Assembly (NCBI RefSeq): GCF_964355755.1
Contig: NC_092679.1
Location: 7,780,201-7,844,200 of the forward strand
From: Antedon mediterranea
Lineage: Eukaryota > Animalia > Echinodermata
Length of the DNA stretch: 64,000 nucleotides
Direction: 5' to 3'
The position numbers and the translations under genes are program-made. The notes beneath the pieces were generated by a model. That model searched no databases, had not been told where the DNA came from, and worked only from the letters and a program-made list of their open reading frames with translations. This document shows positions 54,801 through 64,000 of this stretch, piece by piece (positions within the stretch are counted from its first letter, which is position 1; every line of letters starts with the position of its first letter).

Positions 54801-57295
54801 CCTGCAATTTCTCAGAAGGTAAATTTCTGTGCTCCTTGTCACTTTTTTGGGAACCTCCTAATCTTTCTTTATCCGTGTTTTCCAGTGATATCACCCTGGG
54901 ATTACCATTGCTATGATAACTGCCATCTTCAAATTTTGGACGGCCATTTTTTCTTGAATGTTGAAGAACTTTATCTGGTTTGCGTCCTACAGCTTTGTAC
55001 ACTGGTCTGTCATCTAGATTTTCTTCTGAATTGTAACTCATTTCGCCGCGCTCTACTGAACTTGGGTTTTCTCTCATACCTTCAGGATAGACTTTTTTCT
55101 TGTAGCCATCGATTGGTTGTGAATCATAACCATCTTGTTTTCTGTTGTTTTCTAAAGATTTCTCATATGCTGGGTAATCAAAATCTTGTCTGTTTTTCCC
55201 TCTACTTTTCAAAGACTCTTTTTCCTCCTCATGCTCGTCGTCTTCATATTTAGTGTCATATAAATCTTGAGGTTTCTGATTCTCGATGTCCTCCTCCTCA
55301 TCATATCCCCATATCTTGCTGCTCTCATAATCTTCAATTCCATCATAGTCCACAGGTTTATCTTTTGCCTTCTGATTTTCATTTTTAAAGTCATCGTTCT
55401 GATCCTTCCTGTCCTTACCTACATTTTTCCCTGACAGAGCATTCAAATCTTTTTGTAAGTCATTCAAGGTCAAATCATCCTCATTTCCTTCATGACCTTT
55501 ACTATGAAGTTGTTGAGTTAGGCCAGGGTCATATTTTTTTTTATCAGAATCTGGTAAACTAAACCCATCATCTATTCCCTCCACCCTTTCCTTCTTCACC
55601 CCACCGGAAGCCACATGCGTAGAAGTGAAGTCTTTCTTACTTTCTGGTGCAATATCCTGTGAAGACAGGCCTGGTGCTTTTGAAACTTTCAAGTTGTTAG
55701 ACTGATGGGTAATTGGGGCAGGAGTAATAATATCAACGGTTGTAGCTGTTTATTCAGAAAGGAAAAGTGACAATTACATACAATACACTACAGAAAAAAC
55801 AGTTACATGTAGGCTAGTATAACATAATTAAATAAATTAGAAAGCTTCAGTTCAGATACTCTTTACTGTTTTCAGCATGTTTCCCTAGTAAAGGTACTCA
55901 CAAACTATATTAATCTTTCCCAGTAAAACTTTTAATATACAAAACATTAGCATTAACATGTTTTACTTGCCCAGTGTGGCTTACAGTGTAAGAATAAGGA
56001 GCGTCATAACTAGGTATTTTGTATTTTTGGGTTGTTGGGACTTAAAGTAGATACTGGTAAGCTCTCAAATAATTGCTTATTTTGTATTGAGACATTAAAA
56101 AGGAAAATTGCAGCCTAAAAAAACATATTAAGATTAGTGAGGACTACTGTGTCAGAGAATCATTATTCTAAAGTCCATCAGTCTCTCCTATTTCATCAGA
56201 GGACACCATTGACACATACGAGTTAATGAACCATTTGAATCTCACTGTAAACTTAATTGTATACACAAATTTAAGTACTCTACACTAATATAATGAAACA
56301 TGTAATTACCATAGCCACCACAGTCAGTTTCATCAGAGTTGTCTTTGCAGTCAATGATGCCATCACAGACATACTCAAATACAAAACATTCTCCACTATC
56401 AGCACACTGGAATTGATGGTGTTCACATCCTACAATTGAAATAAAAATAAACAATTTAGGCCTCATAATCAAATGGAGATGTTATTGTTTTAGCAAGATT
56501 TGATATTCGTTGCAAATTTCTTTTATATAATACCATACATTGAGCCTTATCGACTGCTAATATTTTTTATCATGAGGACAGAAATAAAATTCAATATATG
56601 GGTAGCAAGGACCAGTATTTTTAATTACCTGAAATCTTGGTGTCTTCTGGCATTTCCTTTTGAGGAGGACCTTGACGACTAATTTCTTCCTCTTTTGTGG
56701 TTGCCAATGTCTGAGTAGTCAACATGGGTAAAGCTTTTCTAGTCGTTGTAGGTGGAGGATATGTCGAAGTTTGTTGAAAGGCAGTCAAAGTGGTTAATGG
56801 TTTATCTACATGCGAATCGATTTTTTTACGTCTGTTTGATAGCTTTGTTGTCGTGTAACCCGTATGGTGTGAGAATTCACATTTGCCGTGGCCATTCCCA
56901 CATACAAATAGAAAACAATTAACCTCGTCTTCAGGTTCATGAACAAAAATAGTTGTATCGCACTGCGCATTACAACCTCCGGAATAACTACAGCATTTGT
57001 CAGAACATTCATCAATTGATCTGACAACAATAGCATCAGCGAAACACGCTCCCTTATCTATGGAATCTTTTGTACGAATAATTTTATTTTCTTCTACATC
57101 CACGATTGCCCTTTCTTGGAATTGGCATGAGCCGCCTAGGCTAGGCCCTAGGCCTGGATCACGAGCATCATCTCCTATTTTCGAACGCCAGCCGTCTCGT
57201 GAGGCTGACCCCTTCCGAGAGGCAGCGCAAAACGGAACATTTATATTGAAAAACAGTAAAATGCAAACAAAAACCGATACTATGTAAGCCTTCAT
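51809..57295 (-). CDS. LRP11: LDL receptor-related protein 11-like (signal peptide, MANSC domain, LDLa repeat, long acidic region, TM, cytoplasmic tail)
   Basis: Signal peptide, then MANSC-like IIRTKDSIDKGACF...CSDKCC...C...NCFLFVC...CEFSHHTGY. LDLa CEHHQFQC...CDGIIDCKDNSDETDC. TM AILPLAFGLLITVLLLLLVGC and C-terminus DYLINGMYL, typical of LRP11. Exons at about 57295-56628, 56429-56309, 55746-54237, 52803-52684 and 52161-51809. Confidence 0.85.
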
Positions 57296-58084
57296 TATTC
57301 TAAATACTGAATAGAATATTTAGAAACAAACGAGGAATACTTTCTCAGTATAATTTCAAAGTCATTGCAATAAATATTAGTAGAAAAATTAGTGTGAAAA
57401 TTAAAAACCAACCATCTTCTTCGCCGATTCCAATCTCTTCCTCCGATCCTTCACGCATCACAAAACAAAACCATATGGCAAGCGCCCTCATAGAGTCTCG
57501 TGTGTAAAAATAATTTTAGCAAAAAAAAAACCTCAAGCATAAAGAGTTTTTCTTTATGTTTTTTAAAAATATATAATAATATATTATAATATTTAAAAAA
57601 CAATTGAATACAACTGAATAGAAATATCATTTTCTATATATACGAGTTAGGAATGTTCTAATGGTTCTTCAAAAGTATAAGCACATATAAATTAAAAAAT
57701 ATTTGTTTTACCGAAAATCAATCATAAACATGGTAAACATAAATACAAATATAATATATCACGAGAAGGGCAAAAAATAGTAAAAACTAATAAAGTTCAG
57801 CCCCTTATTGTATCAATGATAACTAAATTTGACACCAAAACAATAGAATAGATAGAAGAATCTTCTTAAGAATGTTCTTTATTCAAGGTTTGTTAGGTCA
57901 CTACATCTTTGGAGCTTTACTAGAATTAGAATTATAAATATTATATTTTATAGCTCCATGCTACATCTTATTATCTCTATTGTATACTTTAGTAATTTGT
58001 TTTTTAAATGTAACTTTATTAAAAATTGATCCTTCTAGTTGAACATATATAAATCGTCAGTGAGATGGCCTCTGTTGTCAAACT

Positions 58085-59926
58085 TCAGCAACGCCTACTA
58101 CTTTCTGGATATTTTATCAATAATGCTTCTTTAAATTGACGGAATAAATACTTGTTTTTTAGGTTTTCTTTATCTTTATTTGAATGAAATCCTGTTTTTG
58201 TTTTATACCCTTTGTGAAGAACGAAAGCATTATCAAGTACAGAAAATGTGTAACCTGCTACGTGTAACTCACACACCTAAAAATTGAAGACAAAAAAAGT
58301 ATTATATTCAAAATAATTTACACCATAGCTATTATTTTTTTTTTAAATCCTAAGAATTAAACAAAAATGGTCTTATTTTGGACAGCCTAAAAAATGTTTA
58401 GTGATTTTATTATTAAAAAATATTCAAACCACAAACATTTCTGAGATTAAATTTGATAAAAATACTGTAAACAAAAACTTACTTGACTAATGCGATTAAA
58501 ACCATACTGTTTAAACCGTTCGTCATACAATGGTACATCATTACTACTGATGTAAAACGGTTCCCATGGATCAACCCAATTGCGACTATATGCAACATTA
58601 AGTCCTTCAGTAGGCTGTAATATAAAAACAATAGTAAAAACTCTATCATTGATTTGACAATATAAATTGACCAATTATTTGCTTTGTTACAAATGGGAAT
58701 AAAATTTAACTAGGCTTTGAGTTTTCAATGAGAAAAAGAAATACTTTCTACAATTTTTGTTCTTTTTAAATTGTTATTTGTATTACGAATTAAAAGACGT
58801 TTACTATATAATTTCTAAATAAAATTTAATATTGAAATTATTTGTATTGATTTATTAATTATTTTATACATAATATTTAATACAATTTAAATTGACACTT
58901 CAATTCAAGTTTATCTAACAGGAGCATTGTTTTTTTTTCAAGTATTTTCTGGTTTTTACCTATGTTTATATTAAATCCACAGCAATGGTAAATTACCTTT
59001 ATTTTACACCAATTTTTATAATCTGTAGGGTATTGACACTTTTGACAAACTTCAATATAAAAAGGTCTAACACCATCATCAAAATTGTCTAATATTTCTT
59101 GTTTTGTAGTTGGTATATTATTGAAACTATCAAAAAGTTCAAACGCTGGAACTACATACACCGCATTATTATTAGTAATACTTCCTGATGAACTAGTTCT
59201 TTGAATAAAACTTAAGAAATCTGCACGTAAATGTTTACTTGGAATCATATCGATGTCTATTACAAAAATAAAAGTTGATTGTACTCCAACACGAGCGACA
59301 TTTCTCAGCAAATTATTTGGGTATGCAATTCCTGAAAAATCATAATTTTGCGTTAATAAATTATGATTTTTGAGGACCTGCATAATATTCTTGCACGGAA
59401 CATCAAACATTTCAAGAATTTGTTGTCGGTTTTCATTAATTTCATGAAATGTGAATGGATATACTAGATGAAATGCAACATTAGTCCGAATTTTTTGGAA
59501 ACATTCATGTAAAATTAAAATAGCAGAATCAGCAATTTGTATTTGATCTTCAGTTGTAAAAACTGCAACAGAAATTGGACCTTCCCATTCTTCAGATAAT
59601 TCAATTAAATGATATAGATGATTTACTGAACATTGTGTAACAATCGTTAAATCATCATTTGCTATAGTACTGGTTGATTCTCTGTAGTGTGAAACATCAT
59701 AATGTTGATGAATTTTGTATTGTCCACTCCAGTCAATCTTAGTTTCAGACTGCCGTTTCTCCTGCAATGTTAAAAGACTTCGGTGAAGTTTACCAGACCA
59801 TGTCTGGGCCTGGCGCTTCGTTGTCTTTTCGTCAAGCAAAGAAAGCATTATCCAATGTACAAATTGTAAAACTACAAGCAATATGACTAGACTATAAATT
59901 AATAATTTTACACAGCTACATCTCAT
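58085..59926 (-). CDS. B4GAT1: Beta-1,4-glucuronyltransferase 1 (GT49), 3 exons
   Basis: N-terminal [31 protein letters not shown] (DxD), VVPAFE, WEPFYI...[23 protein letters not shown], and C-terminal KYPESSRRC. Confidence 0.93.
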
Positions 59927-60117
59927 ACTGAAGATATTATGGTAGGGTTAATTGTTAGAATACACAACTTAAACAACATCTCGCTCTCGAAAAACCTGAA
60001 TCAAATACAAATCTGATTCTGATCCGACCTTTAATTTATAACTTTTGACATGACCCTTAACAAAAGATGAAAAAAAAAACCGAAATAGAGGGAGGTATAT
60101 TCAGAGCGTCATTTCGC

Positions 60118-62058
60118 ATTTAATATCTTTTCGTATGTTAATACACTGTGCTCAAGTGGACACAATTTGGATCCAGACGAGCACAGTGATATAAAATAGA
60201 AAAAAGTCACTGAATTTTAATATCTTTTCGTATGTTAATACACTGTGCTCAAGTGGACCCAATTTGGAGCCAGTGGAGCACAGTGATATAAAATAGAAAA
60301 AAGTCACTGAATTTTAATATCTTTTTGTATGTTAATACACTGTGCTCAAGTGGACCCAATTTGGCGCCAGGAGAGCACAGTGATATAAAATAGAAATAAG
60401 TCATTGAATGTTAATATATTTTCGTATGTTAATACACTGTGCTCAAGTGGACCCAATTTGGCGCCAGTGGAGCACAGTGATATAAAATGGAAAAAGTCAC
60501 TGAATTTTAATATCTTTTCGTATTTAATATACACTATGCTCAAGTGGACCCGATTTGGAGCCAGGGGAGCACTGTGATATAAAATAGAAATAAGTCACTG
60601 AATTTTAATATCTTTTCGTATGTTAATACACTGTGCTTACGTGGACCCAAGTTGGCGCGCGCGCCAGTGAGCACAGTAATATAAAATAGAAAAAAGTCAC
60701 TAAATTTTAATATCTTTTCATATGTTAATACACTGTGCTCAAGTGGACCCAATTTGGAGCCAGGGGAGCACAGTGATATAAAATAGAAATAATTAAGTCA
60801 CTGAATTTTAATATCTTTTCGTATGTTAATACACTGTGCTCAAGTGGACCCAACCCAATTTGGAGCTAGGGGAGCACAGTGATATAAAATAGAAATAAGT
60901 CACTGAATTTTAATATCTTTTCGTATGTTAATACACTGTGCTCAAGTGGACCCAATTTGGAGCCAGTGGAGCACAGTGATATAAAATATAAATAAGTCAC
61001 TAAATTTTAATATCTTTTCGTATGTTAATACACTGTGCTCAAGTGGACACAATTTGGAGCCAGGGGAGCACAGTGATATAAAATAGAAAAAAGTCACTGA
61101 ATTTTAATATCTTTTCGTATGTTAATACACTGTGCTTACGTGGACCCAAGTTGGCGCGCGCGCCAGTGAGCACAGTAATATAAAATAGAAAAAAGTCACT
61201 AAATTTTAATATCTTTTCGTATGTTAATACACTGTGCTCAAGTGGACCCAATTTGGAGCCAGGGGAACACAGTGATATAAAATAGAAATAAGTCACTGAA
61301 TTTTAATATCTTTTTGTATGTTAATACACTGTGCTCAAGTGGACCCAATTTGGAGCCAGTGGAGCACAGTGATATAAAATAGAAATAAGTCACTAAATTT
61401 TAATATCTTTTCGTATGTTAATACACTGTGCTCAAGTGGACACAATTTGGAGCCAGAGGAGCACAGTGATATAAAATAGAAAAAAGTCACTGAATTTTAA
61501 TATCTTTTCGTATGTTAATACACTGTGCTCAAGTGGACCCAATTTGGAGCCAGTGGAGCACAGTGATATAAAATAGAAAAAAGTCACTGAATTTTAATAT
61601 CTTTTTGTATGTTAATACACTGTGCTCAAGTGGACCCAATTTGGCGCCAGGAGAGCACAGTGATATAAAATAGAAATAAGTCATTGAATGTTAATATATT
61701 TTCGTATGTTAATACACTGTGCTCAAGTGGACCCAATTTGGCGCCAGTGGAGCACAGTGATATAAAATGGAAAAAGTCACTGAATTTTAATATATTTTCG
61801 TATTTAATATACACTATGCTCAAGTGGACCCGATTTGGAGCCAGGGGAGCACTGTGATATAAAATAGAAATAAGTCACTGAATTTTAATATCTTTTCGTA
61901 TGTTAATACACTGTGCTTACGTGGACCCAATTTGGCGCGCGCGCCAGTGGGCACAGTAATATAAAATAGAAAAAAAGTCACTAAATTTTAATATCTTTTC
62001 GTATGTTAATACACTGTGCTCAAGTGGACCCAATTTGGCACCAATGGGAGCACAGGGA
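60118..62058. repeat. Tandem array of 20 copies of a 97-bp unit (some 101-103 bp), each with a hairpin
   Basis: cactgtgctc anchors counted at 60144, 60241, 60338 ... 61909, 62012. Each unit holds CACTGTGCTC...GAGCACAGTG inverted arms. Confidence 0.97.
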
Positions 62059-62059
62059 A

Positions 62060-64000
62060 ATAGTCACATACAAAAACATCGAGAAAAAATACTTCTGGAA
62101 TTAAAAAATATTTCAAACTTGGCATGTTCGATATCGGTTACTCCATCCGTAAACCAAAAGAAAAAATAGTTACAAGCCACATCAGTAATTTTAATAACGT
62201 GCGTTCGCTTAAGATAATACTTATGGAAAACATACAATTCCGACACATATTATGTTAAACTCTAATAATGATTTTGACAACAACAACAAAAAACGGTTAG
62301 GAATTCGATTTTTTCCCTGTAAATTGAGCAACTTAAATTAAAAATATACCAAGAAATATATATTGAAATCAAGGAGTATTTTTTTTTTACAAAAGAAATG
62401 CTCGTATGTTAATACACTGTGCTCCAGTGGATCCAATTTGGCGCCAGTGGAGCACAGGGAAATAGTCACATACAAAACTTCTAGAAAAAATATTTATCGA
62501 ATTCAAAAATATTTCAAACTTGGTATATAAGTTCAATATCGGTTACTCCATCCGTAATGCAAAAGAAAAATTAGTTTCAAGCCACATTAGTGATTTTAAT
62601 AACTTGCGTTTGTCTAAGATAAATACTTATGAAAGAACATACAATTCCAACACATTTTTTTAAACTTTAGCGATTAAAAAAAAGACATTATGTTAAAAAT
62701 ATGAATTATGTAGTAACATATTGAACGTGTAGTAACCTATTGAACGTATACTACCAAATTTCAAATGTGTAGGACAATTATTTTATGACGATCAAAATTT
62801 AAAGTTTAAAAAATGTGTTGGAATTCTATGTTCTATCATAAATATACATTTTAAACGAACGAAAATTACTAAAATCACTGATATGGCTTGAAACTAATTT
62901 TTCTTTTGCATTACGGATGGAGTAACCGATATTGAACTTATATACCAAGTTTGAAATATTTTTGAAATCCAGAAGTGTTTTTTCTTGATGTTTTTGTATG
63001 TGACTATTTCCCTGTGCTCCACTGGCGCCAAATTGGATCCACTGGAGCACAGTGTATTAACATACAAACATTTCTGTTGTAAAAAAAAAATACTCCTTGA
63101 TTTCAATATATATTTCTTGATATATTTTTAATTTAAAGCTCAGGTACAGGCATGAATTTTAAATATAATATTTGGTTAATTGTACATAAATCAAATATTT
63201 GTAACAGAAATCGAGACGAAAAAACATGAACTTCCCTTAATATGGTCAAATAAAAAATTTGGCAAAATTCTTCCATAAAAACCAGGAAGACTTTTTTTCA
63301 GTAGTTAGGTAGTTAACCTAATGTAATAACATGTCTGGTGACTCCCTAGATGGTGGAAAAAGATGGTGGATATACGGTGGATAATTTTTGCTATAGCATG
63401 AAAATAAAAATTTGAAGTTGAATAAAAATATCAGAAATGTAATATTCGAGTTATATTACCTATATTTAGTCATCTGATAACATTTTTTACCACACTGTTT
63501 ATTTTTCATAGCTTTTTAAAATGCCTCTCTATTTACAAAATTTGTGTACAAAAGAATAGAGATTTTACTGTGTAATTTGAACTATCCCCCCACTGATAAG
63601 AAAGTGCTTATTTTCAACAAGCTTGTGTAACACAAATAAAATCCCAAAAATTATGAAACATAGGGGAAACTATAGATCGATAATTATTGGAATGTATGAT
63701 CAATATAAATTTTTTGCCCGCACCTGGCCTTTAAGTTGCTCAATTTACAGGGGAAAATCGAATTCCTAACCGGGTTTTTTTTTGTTAAAATCATTATTAG
63801 AGTTTAACATATGTGTCGGAATTGTATGTTTTTTTTCGTAAGTATTATCTTAAGCAAACGCAACAAGTTATTAAAATCACTGATGTGGCTTGAAACAATT
63901 TTTTCTTTTGGTTTACGGATGGAGTAACCGATATTGAACAAATATACCAAGTTTGAAATATTTTTAAATTCCAGAAGTATTTTTCTCGATGTTTTTGTAT
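62060..64000. repeat. Large inverted repeat (foldback), centre about 62670-62800, right arm runs off the window
   Basis: 62335-62669 mirrors 62800-63135, and about 62066-62333 mirrors 63735-64000. Confidence 0.9.
63137..63730. mobile_element. TTAA-TSD insertion (Kolobok-like) interrupting the right foldback arm
   Basis: ttaa|agctcaggtacaggca ... tgcccgcacctggcct|ttaa. The mirror arm has a single uninterrupted ttaa at about 62332-62335. Confidence 0.8.

Noticed and set aside
54166-55253. Plus-strand ORFs antisense to LRP11 (and similar ones antisense to CEP170 and SPRTN exons)
   Set aside because: These are shadow ORFs on the opposite strand of real exons, with no independent evidence.
60118-62058. 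CRISPR array interpretation of the hairpin-containing repeat
   Set aside because: The whole 97-bp unit repeats with no unique spacers, no cas genes are present, and the context is an intron-rich animal genome.
60346-63106. Short ORFs (65-85 aa) within the satellite and foldback
   Set aside because: They are by-products of the repeat unit, with no domain signal or splice context.

Overview
AT-rich eukaryotic (invertebrate animal) genomic DNA with spliceosomal introns. It is probably a non-vertebrate deuterostome such as an echinoderm, which is an inference from gene style and the Deu/Nin-type SINE. Seven multi-exon protein-coding genes were reconstructed by hand from splice signals and recalled family motifs: CEP170-like (-), RDH13-like (+), SPRTN (+), stum/SPEC3-family (+), an SLC22 organic cation transporter (+), LRP11-like (-) and B4GAT1 (-). 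Introns and intergenic DNA hold many non-autonomous DNA transposons with clear terminal inverted repeats (TIRs) and target-site duplications (TSDs), plus two tRNA-derived SINEs. The most notable observations are: (1) a U12-type AT-AC intron in the CEP170 FHA domain; (2) a 20-copy 97-bp hairpin array with higher-order structure that continues into a large foldback inverted repeat running off the window end; (3) a 22-bp motif shared upstream of RDH13 and B4GAT1; (4) two TGT..ACA elements packed with TTGCGCAA palindromes around the CEP170/RDH13 divergent region. I found no prokaryotic-type system such as CRISPR or an operon, and I cannot claim a wholly new system from sequence alone. Exon coordinates were counted manually and may be off by a few bases.
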